Shown here: piece after piece, positions 38,394 to 50,744 of the stretch
Layout: each line of letters starts with the position of its first letter
Position numbering within the stretch: the stretch's first letter is position 1
Source of the DNA: Octopus sinensis
Lineage: Eukaryota
Assembly (NCBI RefSeq): GCF_006345805.1
Contig: NC_043024.1
Span: 11,718,001 to 11,782,000, forward strand
Length of the DNA stretch: 64,000 nucleotides
Direction: 5' to 3'
Made by a program: the position numbers and the translations under genes
The notes under the pieces: model-generated
What the model was told of the DNA's origin: nothing
Seen by the model: only the letters and a program-made list of their open reading frames with translations
Databases searched by the model: none

Positions 38394-38585
38394 ATGGAGA
38401 TGTACTTGCATAGCAAGTGACCTGATCTGAGATCGTGTGCTGGAACGAAAACAATTGCAGCGTGGAAGGTGTTTATAAGCCATTTAAGAAACACACAAAA
38501 ACCGTTAAATTCACTTCAACATTTAAATTTAATTTGTCAAAGTATTTTCGTCGCTTTGAGACAGCGACCTGTTCACTGACGAAAC
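38394..38585 (-). mobile_element. Interspersed repeat (Penelope-like terminus) carrying a minimal hammerhead-like motif at about 38534-38581
   Basis: Minus strand reads GUCA-GUGAACA-G-GUCGC-UGUCUCAAA-GCGAC-GAAA-AUAC-UU-UGAC. A truncated second copy at 37693-37830 lacks the motif. Confidence 0.55.
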
Positions 38586-38866
38586 TTAAATTTATGATTT
38601 CTCTAAATCCAATAAATTTCAATATTATTCAACTGAGAAAGCTAGCTGAGACCTAGCAGAATTCTAAGCGCACCAGACAAGATGCTTAGCGGTATTCCAT
38701 CCGTCTTTACGCTCTAAGTTCAAATTCCGCCAAGTTCGACCAAGCTTTTCATCCTTTCAGGATGCTAAAATAAGAACAAGGTAACGATTAGGTTGATAGA
38801 ATCAACTAAACCCCGTCCCCTGAACTTACTTGACTTACACCAAAATTTCAAATCAATATTTTTCAG

Positions 38867-38977
38867 GTCGGAAATGTGTTTATGAAAATTTTCTCTTGGA
38901 GATTGGACAAACGTTTGAAGAGAGCGGTCGCCAATGCGAATGCCAAGAGAACGGAAATATTATCTGCTATCCTAAGC
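38867..38977 (+). CDS. Exon 5, module GRKCVYENFLLEIGQTFEESGRQCECQENGNIICYPK
   Basis: tttttcag / gtaagt, 111 bp, phase 1-1, open. Confidence 0.85.
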
Positions 38978-39177
38978 GTAAGTTTGTTTATTCAATCCGT
39001 ATTTCTTATATAAACGAGGCTACGATTATTCTATTTTGTGTTCAGGCGGCAAGCTGGTAGAAACGTTAGCACGCCGGGCGAAATGCGCAAGATAACGATT
39101 GGGTTGATAGAATCAACTAAACCCCGTCCCCTGAACTTACTTGACTTACACCAAAATTTCAAATCAATATTTTTCAG

Positions 39178-39288
39178 GTCGGAAATGTGTTTATAAAAAT
39201 CTTCTCTTGGAGACTGGACAAACGTTTGAAAAGGACGGTCACCAATGCGAATGTCAAGAGAACGGAAATATTATCTGCTATCCTATGC
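39178..39288 (+). CDS. Exon 6, module RRKCVYKNLLLETGQTFEKDGHQCECQENGNIICYPM
   Basis: tttttcag / gtaagt, 111 bp, phase 1-1, paralog of exon 5. Confidence 0.85.
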
Positions 39289-39439
39289 GTAAGTTTGTTT
39301 ATTCAATCCGTATTTCTTATATAAACGAGGCTACGATTATTCTATTTTGTGTGACATAATGGATTCCTTATCACTGCTACGGAGTTTTATTAATTGCTAT
39401 TTATATAAACAAAGCTATGATTATTTTGTTTTGTGTTCA

Positions 39440-40640
39440 GGCGGCAAGCTGGCAGAGACGTTAACACGCCGGGCGAAATGCATAGCCGTATTTCGTCTGT
39501 CGCTACGTTCTGAGTTCAAATTCCACCGAGGTCGACTTTGCCTTTCATCCTTTCGGGGTCGATAAATTAAGTACCATTGCGCACGGGAGTCGATATAATC
39601 GACTTAATCCGTTTGTCTGTCCTTGTTTGTCCTCTCTGTGTGTAGCCCCTTGTGGGTAGTAAAGAAATAGGTATTTCGTCTGCCGCTACGTTCTGAGTTC
39701 AAATTCCGCCGAGGTCGACTTTGCCTTTCATCATTTCGGGGTCGATAAATTAAGTACCATTGCGCACTGGAGTCGATATAATCGACTTAATCCGTTTGTC
39801 TGTCCTTGTTTGTCCACTCTGTGTTTAGCCCCTTGTTGGTAGTAAAGAAATAGGTATTTCGCCTGCCGCTACGTTCTGAGTTCAAATTCCGCCGAGGTCG
39901 ACTTTGCCTTTCATCCTTTCGGGGTCGATAAATTAAGTAGCAGTTACGCACTGGGGTCGATATAATCGATTTAATCCGTTTGTCTGTCCTTGTTTGTCCT
40001 CTCTGTGTTTAGCCCCTTGTTGGTAGTAAAGAAATAGGTATTTCGTCTGCCGCTACGTTCTGAGTTCAAATTCCGCCGAGGTCGACTTTGCCTTTCATCC
40101 TTTCGAGGTTGATAAATTAAGTACCAGTTGCGCACTGGGATCGATATAATCGACTTAATCCGTTTGTCTGTCCTTGTTTGTCCTCTCTGTGTTTAGCCCC
40201 TTGTGGGTAGTAAAGAAACAGGTATTTCGTCTGTCGCTACGTTCTGAGTTCAAATTCCGCCGAGTTCGACTAAACTTTTTATCCTTTCGAGGTCGATAAA
40301 TTAAGTATCAGTTACGCACTGGGGTCGATATAATCGACTTAATCCGTTTGTCTGTCCTTGTTTGTCCACTCTGTGTTTAGCCCCTTGTTGGTAGTAAAGA
40401 AATAGGTATTTCGTCTGTCGCTACGTTCTGAGTTCAAATCCCGCCGAGTTCGACTAAACTTTTCATCCTTTCGAGGTCGATAAATTAAGTATCAGTTACG
40501 CACTGGGGTCGATATAATCGACTTAATCCCTTTGTCTGTCCTTGTTTGTCCTCTCTGTGTTTAGCCCTTTGTGGGTAGTAAAGAAATAGGTATTTCGTCT
40601 GTCGCTACGTTCTGAGTTCAAATTCCGCCAAGTTCGACTA
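39440..40640 (+). repeat. Family-3 SINE head followed by six full 183-184-bp tandem units plus a partial unit
   Basis: gtatttcg(t/c)c recurs at 39488, 39671, 39854, 40038, 40222, 40406 and 40590. Confidence 0.9.
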
Positions 40641-40764
40641 AGCTTTTCATCCTTTCAGGATGCTAAAATAAGAACGAGATAACGATTGGGTTGATAGAAT
40701 CAACTAAACCCCGTCCCCTGAACTTACTTGACTTACACCAAAATTTCAAATCAATATTTTTCAG

Positions 40765-40875
40765 TTCGGAAGTGTGTTTATAAAAATATTGTCTTGGAGA
40801 CTGGACAAACGTTTGAAAAGGACGGTAGCCAATGCGAATGCCAAGAGGACGGAAATATTATCTGCTATCCTAAGC
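40765..40875 (+). CDS. Exon 7, module LRKCVYKNIVLETGQTFEKDGSQCECQEDGNIICYPK
   Basis: tttttcag / gtaagt, 111 bp, phase 1-1, paralog of exons 5-6. Confidence 0.85.
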
Positions 40876-41026
40876 GTAAGTTTGTTTATTCAATCCGTAT
40901 TTCTTATATAAACGAGGCTACGATTATTCTATTTTGTGTGACATAATGGATTCCTTATCACTGCTACGGAGTTTTATTAATTGCTATTTATATAAACGAA
41001 GCTACGATTATTTTGTTTTGTGTTCA

Positions 41027-41628
41027 GGCGGCAAGCTGGCAGAGACGTTAACACGCCGGGCGAAATGCGTAGCCGTATTTCGTCTGTCGCTACGTTCTGA
41101 GTTCAAATTCCACCGAGGTCGACTTTGCCTTTCATCCTTTCGGGGTGGATAAATTAAGTACCAGTTGCGCACTGGAGTCGATATAATCGACTTAATCCGT
41201 TTGTCTGTCCTTGTTTGTCCTCTCTGTGTTTAGCCCTTGTGGGTAGTAAAGAAATAGGTATTTCGTCTGCCGCTACGTTCTGAGTTCAAATTCCGCCGAG
41301 GTCGACTTTGCCTTTTATCATTTCGGGGTCGATAAATTAAGTACCAGTTACGCACTGAGGTCGATATAATCGACTTAATCCGTTTGTCTGTCCTTGTTTG
41401 TCCACTCTGTGTTTAGCCCCTTGTGGGTAGTAAAGAAATATGTATTTCGTCTGCCGCTACGTTCTGAGTTCAAATTCCGCCGAGGTCGACTTTGCCTTTC
41501 ATCCTTTCGGGGTCGATAAATTAAGTAGCAGTTACGCACTGGAGTCCATATAATCGACTTAATACCTATGTCTATCCTTGTTTGCCCCCTCTGTGTGTAG
41601 CCCCTTGTGGGCAGTAAAGAAATAAGAA
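41027..41628 (+). repeat. Family-3 SINE head plus three 183-bp tandem units ending in the true terminus aaagaaataagaa
   Basis: Units at 41075, 41258 and 41441. Confidence 0.9.
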
Positions 41629-41812
41629 TCATTAGCTGGTAGAATCGTCTAGTGCCATTTCGTACATCTTTGCATTTTGAGTTAAATTTTTCCGCCACGG
41701 TCGACTTAATCTTCAATCCTATCGGATCACTTAGGTCGATGTAATCAACTAGACTCCCCCCCACCCCCAACTTACTGGACTTACATCAAAATTTGAAATT
41801 AATATTTTTCAG

Positions 41813-41923
41813 CTCAGAAGTGTTACTACAAAAATGACGTGTTCGCTGTCGGAGAATTGATTGAGTTTGAAACTTGTAGCTGTGCATGCACTGAATTTGG
41901 AACTCTCTCTTGTCAGCTTCCAC
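41813..41923 (+). CDS. Exon 8, module PQKCYYKNDVFAVGELIEFETCSCACTEFGTLSCQLP
   Basis: tttttcag / gtaagt, 111 bp, phase 1-1, open. The upstream intron is homologous to that of exons 5-7. Confidence 0.85.
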
Positions 41924-42393
41924 GTAAGTTTGTTTATTAAATCTGGTTTTCTTATATACGAAGTGTAGTGGCTGCAGGAGTGGCTGTGTAGTAAGTAGCT
42001 TGCTTACCAACCACATGGTTCCGGGTTCAGTCCCACTGTGTGGCATCTTGGGCAAGTGTCTTCTGCTATAGCCCCGGGCCGACCAATGCCTTGTGAGTGG
42101 ATTTGGTAGACGGAAACTGAAAGAAGCCTGTCGTATATATGTATATATATATATATATATGTATGTGTGCGTCTGTGTCTGCGTTTGTCCCCCTAGCATT
42201 GCTTGACAACCGATGCTGTTGTGTTTATGTCCCCGTCACTTAGCGGTTCGGCAAAAGGGACCGATAGAATAAGTACTGGGCTTACAAAAGAATAAGTCCC
42301 GGGGTCGATTTGCTCGACTAAAGGCGGTGCTCCAGCATGGCCGCAGTCAAATGACTGAAACAAGTAAAAGAGAGAAAAAGAGAATAGTCAAAA

Positions 42394-42870
42394 TGTATGC
42401 GACCTCTGGCCAAAAAACAAGTAATATTAAAAAACTCACCGTTTTGATTTAGTCTCTTTCAAAGTCTTCGCCTCGAGAGTCTACACACTTCTGCCAGCGT
42501 TCCTGTCACTGCTGGAAGCATTTCTGGGAATCACTTTTTGGGATGCCGTAGAGCTGTGCCTTAGAATTTTGTTTAGTGTCCTCTGTTCTCTCAAATCTTC
42601 TCCCATTATTTTATTTTATTTATTTAATTTTATGTTTTGAGCTTTGGAAACATCCAAAAGTCTCACGGAGTCAAGTACGGGGATCAAGATTCCTGACGAA
42701 CGATTGGTGTGTTTTGCTTGACTAGGAATGCTTGGACGATGTGGGGGTGGGGGTGGAATGAGCGGGTGTATTGTCATGGTGGATTTGCCAGTTCTTTGCT
42801 GCCCAAAGGTCGGGTCGTTTTCGCCGCTCAGCTTCACGAAGGCAACAAAAATCCCCAGGTAGCATTATTT
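42394..42870 (-). pseudogene. Degenerate mariner-type transposase C-terminus and terminal remnant
   Basis: Minus strand reads HIVQAFLVKQNTPIVRQE..SP.LTP.DFWMFPKLK...GRRFE...KCFQQ*QERWQKCVDSRGEDFE, matching the mariner YSPDLAPCDF..FPKLK / W.KCV...G.YFEGD pattern. Confidence 0.7.
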
Positions 42871-43124
42871 ATTATTTATCTAGCCACAACGTGACTCAAT
42901 GTCCACTGAGGTGCCGCAATTTTTGAACCTTTATTTGTGTGTTTCCCATAGCATCATAACAAATAATATATATTTTTTATAAAACATATAACTTATAACA
43001 TTTTTATCACTGTTTGAGTTGCATAATAGTAGTTTTATCTCTAATTTATATTCTATATATTTATACTATGAAATTTGATTTAATACTAAATTGAATTTTT
43101 CCCTGTAAGTTTGGAGTTATACTA

Positions 43125-43183
<59 letters not shown>

Positions 43184-43200
43184 CATCATCATCATCATCA

Positions 43201-43246
<46 letters not shown>

Positions 43247-43591
43247 CTCTTTTACTCTTTTACTTGTAGCACCGTCTTTGCACGAGCAAATCGATTCCAG
43301 GACTTATTCTTTGTAAGCCTAGTACTTATTCTATCGGTCTCTTTTGCCGAGCCTCTATGTTACGGGAACGTAACACACTACCATCGGTTGGGGGGGGGGA
43401 CAAACACAGACACACATATATACCACAAGCTTCTTTCAGTTTCCGTCTACCAAATCCACCCACAAGGCTTTGGTCGGCCCGAGGCTATAGTAGAAGACAC
43501 TTGCCCAAGGTGCCACGCAGTGGGACTGAACCCAGGACCTCGTGGTTCGTAAGCAAGCTACTTACCACAGAGCCACTCCTGCGCCTATACA

Positions 43592-43630
<39 letters not shown>

Positions 43631-44178
43631 GTTACAGGCTGCGAGCACATTTCTAAACGTAGACATGCATACAAAATAATTTTAATATACCACGATTCCT
43701 TCTTCAAACCCAAATGAGTCACTGATTTGTTATAATAAGTTGAAAGAAGATCTTTCAATATATATTTGTTGTGCAAGATTTTTTATGTGAAATCGTGTGT
43801 TGAAACAGATATTGTTGTATTTAGGAATGGTCATTTTGCCAGTTTAGTCAATAAAAACACACGCACTATATATATTTAGTGTTACTTTGCTCCAGTGTTA
43901 TTTATTTTTTACATTAATCTTAATCTTATTTCGGCCAGAGTTCTTTCGTCACACTCCTGTGACCGCATCAGTGGTGCTTTGCTTTCTTCTTTCTTATTTG
44001 TGTGTCTCTCTTTACTAACCGTCGGCTGACCATTCCGGAATACAACAATATCTTTAAATATAATAATCCTTAAATATCTCCACGTTCACTAACGTCTTAG
44101 ATTAAGCTCAACGATTCATTTGTATCAGCTACTAATTTCTGATCTATCTAATCGATATATTATTTTGATGTTATTCAG

Positions 44179-44295
44179 CTGAGGGATGTGTCTATGACGG
44201 TCGTTCCTACGATGTCGGAGCAATGGTGAGTGACGATGCCGTTTCGAGATGCTTTTGTGCAGGGAACCAATTTCTAAAATGCGAGAGCAATACAG
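44179..44295 (+). CDS. Exon 9, module PEGCVYDGRSYDVGAMVSDDAVSRCFCAGNQFLKCESNT
   Basis: ttattcag / gtaagt, 117 bp, phase 1-1, open. Confidence 0.85.
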
Positions 44296-45379
44296 GTAAG
44301 TTTGTTTACTAAATCTGTATTTCTTATATAAACGAAGCTTTTATACACAACGGATTCATTATCACTGTTATACAACTTTATTAACTGCTATTTATATGTG
44401 GGCTTCTGTACATTCTCCGTCTATGAAAATCAACAAATATAACTTCGGTCAACTGGAGTCACTTGAAGAATATATTTGTTCAAGTTAGCGAGCAAAACCA
44501 TCGAACAGAGAATCATGTGGTGGAAAGTGGAATTCTTAACCAATGTCCATATCTACACACACACCACACACACACCACACGCACACGCACAACGCACACA
44601 CACACACGCACACACGCACACACACCACACACGCACACACCACACACACAGACGCACACACACGCTTTACTTTTCCCTTTTCTAGTTTCAGCTCGGGAGC
44701 TGTGGCCATGCTGGAGCATTGCTGTTTGTTTTGCTACACTTTCACTAAACCTCCATGCCTACACACACACAACACACACACACACACACACTCACACATT
44801 CACTCACACACACATACACAAACACACACACACACACACACATATAAGTTCAGCAAAATTTGGATTCAAATGAATATGGTACTTAAGTTAGATGCACCAG
44901 AATTTTGTATGGTGTTATCCATATAAATCCATGGGGTGACTATAATCAAAATAAGCAACAAGAATAACTTCGGTAATTTACTACGATCGTTTCGTACTAC
45001 ATCATTTTATTAAATGTTCTAAGTATTACAGCAGTTTTAAAACGCTGAGCACTCATCAGCCATTAATAGAGGTTTTCCATTAATACATAATTAATTTTCA
45101 TATCAATAGATAACATTTTAGAGAAGGTAGATATATATATATAATATTAATTGGAGATAACACCACTATTATGCAACTCAAACAGTGATAGACATAAACC
45201 AAATCATAAATAACAAATAATATATATTTTTTATAAAACATATAACTTATAACATTTTTATCACTGTTTGAGTTGCATAATAGTAGTTTTAACTCTAATT
45301 TATATTCTATATATTTATACTATGAAATTTGATTTAATACTAAATTGAATTTTTCCCTGTAAGTTTGGAGTTATACTCC

Positions 45380-45446
<67 letters not shown>

Positions 45447-45595
45447 CATTATTATCATTATTATCATTATTATTATTATTATTATTATCATTATTGTCAT
45501 TATTATTATTATTATCATTATTATCATTATTATTATTATTATTATCATTATTATCATTATTATCATTATTATTATTATCATTATCATCATTATTA

Positions 45596-45644
<49 letters not shown>

Positions 45645-46560
45645 GATATACTCTTTTACTCTTTTACTTGTAGCACCACCTATGCGCGAGCAAATCGACC
45701 CCAGGACTTATTCTTTGTAAGCCTAGTACTTATTCTATCGGTTCTTTTGCGAGCTGCTATGTTACGGGGACGTAAACACACTACCATCGGTTGGGGGGGG
45801 GGACAAACACAGACACACATATATACCACAAGCTTCTTTCAGTTTCCGTCTACCAAATCCACTCACAAGGCTTTGTCGGCCCGAGGCTATAGTAGAAGAC
45901 ACTTGCCCAAGGTGCCACGCAGGGGACTGAACCCAGGACCTCGTGGTTCATAAGCAAGCTATTACCACAGAGCCACTCCTGCGCCTATACAACACACACA
46001 CACACACACACACAAATTTACAGGCTGCGAGCACATTTCTAACGTAGACATGCATACAAAATAATTTTAATATACACGATTCCTTCTTCAAACCCAAATG
46101 AGTCACTGATTTGTTATAATAAGTTGAAAGAATATCTTTAAATATATTTGTTGTGTGCAAGATTTTTTATGTGAAATCGTGTGTTGAAACAGATATTGTT
46201 GTATTTAGGAATGGTCATTTTGCCAGTTTGTCAATAAAAACACACGCACTATATATATTTAGTGTTACTTTGCTCCAGTGTTATTTAATTTTTACATTAA
46301 TCTTAATCTTATTTCGCCAGGGTTCTTTCGTCACACTCCTGTGACCGCATCAGTGGTGCTTTGCTTTCTTCTTTCTTATTCGTGTGTCTCTCTTTACTAA
46401 CCGTCGGCTGACCATTCCGGAATACAAGAATATCTTTAAATATAATAATCCTTAAATATCTCCACGTTCACTAACGTCTTAGATTAAGCTCAACGATTCA
46501 TTTGTATCAGCTACTAATTTCTGATCTATCTAATCGATATATTATTTTGATGTTATTCAG

Positions 46561-46677
46561 CTGAGGGATGTGTCTATGACGGTCGTTCCTACGATGTCGG
46601 AGCAATGGTGAGTGACGATGCCGTTTCGAGATGCTTTTGTGTAGGGAACCAACTTCTAAAATGCGAGAGCAATACAG
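46561..46677 (+). CDS. Exon 10, module AEGCVYDGRSYDVGAMVSDDAVSRCFCVGNQLLKCESNT
   Basis: Same splice sites and phase as exon 9. Confidence 0.8.
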
Positions 46678-46705
46678 GTAAGTTTGTTTACTAAATCTGT
46701 ATTAC

Positions 46706-46808
46706 TATGACGGTCGTTTCTACGTTGCCGGAGAAATGACGAGTGACGATGCCTTTACGAGATGCTTTTGTGCAGGGAAAGAACTTATAAAATGCGAGAG
46801 GAAAATAA
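46706..46808 (+). pseudogene. Acceptor-less partial module (YDGRFYVAGEMTSDDAFTRCFCAGKELIKCERKI); copies at 49338-49441 and 56839-56940
   Basis: Starts mid-exon about 28 bp after the preceding donor, lacks the first Cys and any acceptor. Absent from unit A. Confidence 0.7.
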
Positions 46809-47462
46809 ATAAGTTTGTTTACTAAATCTGTATTTCTTATATAAACGAAGCTTTTATTATGTGACACAACAGATTCATTATCACTGTTATACAACTTTAT
46901 TAACTGCTATTTATATGTGGGCTTCTGTACATTCTCCGTCTATGAAAATCAACAAATATAACTTCGGTCAACTGGAGTCACTTGAAGAATATATTTGTTC
47001 AAGTCAGCGAGCAAAACCATCGAACAGAGAATCATGTGGTGGAAAGTGGAATTCTTAACCAAATGTCCATATCTACACACACACACACGCACACACACAC
47101 ACACACGCACACGCACACGCACACAACACACACGCAACACACACACACAGACGCACACACACGCTTTACTTTTCCCTTTTCTAGTTTCAGCTCGGGAGCT
47201 GTGGCCATGCTGGAGCATTGGTGTTTGTTTTGCTACACTTTCAACTAAACCTCCATGATCACACACACACACACACACACACTCACACACGCACTCACAC
47301 ACACTATAAACACAACACACACACACACCACACACCCACACGCACACACACACACAGACGCACACACACGCTTTACTTTTCCCTTTTCTAGTTTCAGCTC
47401 GGAGCTGTGGCCATGCTGGAGCATTGCTGTTGGTTTGCTACACTTTCACTAAACCTCCATGC

Positions 47463-47499
<37 letters not shown>

Positions 47500-48086
47500 A
47501 CAAACACCAAACACAACACAACACACACACACACAACACACACACACATATAAGTTCAGCAAAATTTGGATTCAAATGAATATGGTACTTAAGTTAGATG
47601 CACCAGAATTTTGTATGGTGTTATCCATATAAATCCATGGGTGACTATAATCAAAATAAGCAACAAGAATAACTTCGGTAATTTACTACGATCGTTTCGT
47701 ACTACATCATTTTATTAAATGTTGTAAGTATTACAGCAGTTTTAAAACGCTGAGCACTCATCAGCCATTAATAGAGGTTTTCCATTAATACATAATTAAT
47801 TTTCATATCAATAGATAACATTTTAGAGAAGGTAGATATATATATATATAATATTAATTAGAGATAACACCACTATTAGGCAACTCAAACAGTGATAGAC
47901 ATAAACCAAAACATAAAAAACAAATAATATATATTTTTTATAAAACATATAACTTATAACATTTTTATCACTGTTTGAGTTGCATAATAGTAGTTTTATC
48001 TCTAATTTATATTTTATATATTTATACTATGAAATTTGATTTAATACTAAATTGAATTTTTCCCTGTAAGTTTGGAGTTATACTCC

Positions 48087-48176
<90 letters not shown>

Positions 48177-48184
48177 CATTATTA

Positions 48185-48230
<46 letters not shown>

Positions 48231-48238
48231 CATTATTA

Positions 48239-48293
<55 letters not shown>

Positions 48294-49194
48294 CTCTTTT
48301 ACTCTTTTACTTGTAGCACCGCCTTTGCGCGAGCAAATCGACCCCAGGACTTATTCTTTGTAAGCCTAGTACTTATTCTATCGGTCTCTTTGCCGGTTAC
48401 GGGGACGTAAACACACTACCATCGGTTGGGGGGGGGGACAAACACAGACACACATATATACCACGGGCTTCTTTCAGTTTCCGTCTACCAAATCCACTCA
48501 CAAGGCTTTGGTCGGCCCGAGGCTATAGTAGAAGACACTTGCCCAAGGTGCCACGCAGTGGGACTGAACCCAGAACCTCGTGGTTCGTAAGCAAGCTACT
48601 TACCACAGAGCCACTCCTGCGCCTATACACACACACACACACACACTCAAATTTACAGGCTGCGAGCACATTTCTAAACGTAGACATGCATACAAAATAA
48701 TTTTAATATACCACGATTCCTTCTTCAAACCCAAATGAGTCACTGATTTGTTATAATAAGTTGAAAGATCTTTAAATATATATTTGTTGTGCAAGATTTT
48801 TTATGTGAAATCGTGTGTTGAAACAGATATTGTTGTATTTAGGAATGGTCATTTTGCCAGTTTAGCCAATAAAAACACACGCACTATATATTTAGTGTTA
48901 CTTTGCTCCAGTGTTATTTATTCTTTACATTAATCTTAATCTTATTTCGGCCAGAGTTCTTTCGCCACACTCCTGTGACCGCATCAGTGGTGCTTTGCTT
49001 TCTTCTTTCTTATTTGTGTGTCTCTCCTTACTAACCGTCGGCTGACCATTCCGGAATACAACAATATCTTTAAATATAATAATCCTTAAATATCTCCACG
49101 TTCACTAACGTCTTAGATTAAGCTCAACGATTCATTTGTATCAGCTACTAATTTCTGATCTATCTAATCGATATATTATTTTTATGTTATTCAG

Positions 49195-49311
49195 CTGAGA
49201 GATGTGTCTATGACGGTGTTTCCTACGATGCCGGAGCACTGGTGAGTGACGATGCCACTGGGAGATGCTTTTGTGCAGGGAACCAACTTCTAAAATGCGA
49301 GAGCAATACAG
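49195..49311 (+). CDS. Exon 11, module AERCVYDGVSYDAGALVSDDATGRCFCAGNQLLKCESNT
   Basis: ttattcag / gtaagt, 117 bp, phase 1-1, open. Confidence 0.8.
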
Positions 49312-49741
49312 GTAAGTTTGTTTACTAAATCTGTATTTCTATGACGGTCGTTTCTACGTTGCCGGAGAAATGACGAGTGACGATGCCTTTACGAGATGCT
49401 TTTGTGCAGGGAAAGAACTTATAAAATGCGAGAGGAAAATAAGTAAGTTTGTTTACTAAATCTGTATTTCTTATATAAACGAAGCTTTTATTATGTGACA
49501 CAACGGATTCATTATCACTGTTATACAACTTTATTAACTGCTATTTATATGTGGGCTTCTGTACATTCTCCGTCTATGAAAATCAACAAATATAACTTCG
49601 GTCAACTGGAGTCACTTGAAGAATATATTTGTTCAAGTTAGCGAGCAAAACCATCGAACAGAGAATCATGTGGTGGAAAGTGGAATTCTTAACCAAATGT
49701 CCATATCTACACACACACACACGCACACACACACACCACGC

Positions 49742-49781
<40 letters not shown>

Positions 49782-50028
49782 GCACACACACGCTTTACTT
49801 TTCCCTTTTCTAGTTTCAGCTCGGGAGCTGTGGCCATGCTGGAGCATTGGTGTTTGTTTTGCTACACTTTCACTAAACCTCCATGCCTACACCACACACA
49901 CACACACACACACACGCACACACACACACACGCGCTTTACTTTTCCCTTTTCTAGTTTCAGCTCGGGAGCTGTGGCCATGCTGGAGCATTGGTGTTTGTT
50001 TTGCTACACTTTCACTAAACCTCCATGC

Positions 50029-50082
<54 letters not shown>

Positions 50083-50744
50083 ACACACTCACACACACAT
50101 ATAAACACAAACACACACACCACACACACACACTCACACACGCACTCACACACACATACAAACACAAACACACACACACACACACACATATAAGTTCAGC
50201 AAAATTTAGATTCAAATGAATATGGTACTTAAGTTAGATGCACCAGAATTTTTTATGGTGTTATCCATATAAATCCATGGGGTGACTATAATCAAAATAA
50301 GCAACAAGAATATCTTCGGTAATTTACTACGATCGTTTCGTACTACATCATTTTATTAAATGTTGTAAGTTTTACAGCAGTTTTAAAACGCTGAGCACTC
50401 ATCAGCCATTAATAGAGGTTTTCCATTAATACATAATTAATTTTCATATCAATAGATAACATTTTAGAGAAGGTAGATATATATATATATAATATTAATT
50501 GGAGATAATACCACTATTATGCAACTCAAACAGTGATAGACATAAACCAAAACATAAATAACAAATAATATATATTTTTTATAAAACATATAACTTCTAA
50601 CGTTTTTATCACTGTTTGAGTTGCATAATAGTAGTTTTATCTCTAATTTATATTCTATATATTTATACTATGAAATTTGATTTAATACTAAATTGAATTT
50701 TTCCCTGTAAGTTTGGAGTTATACTCATTATTAATATTATTATT

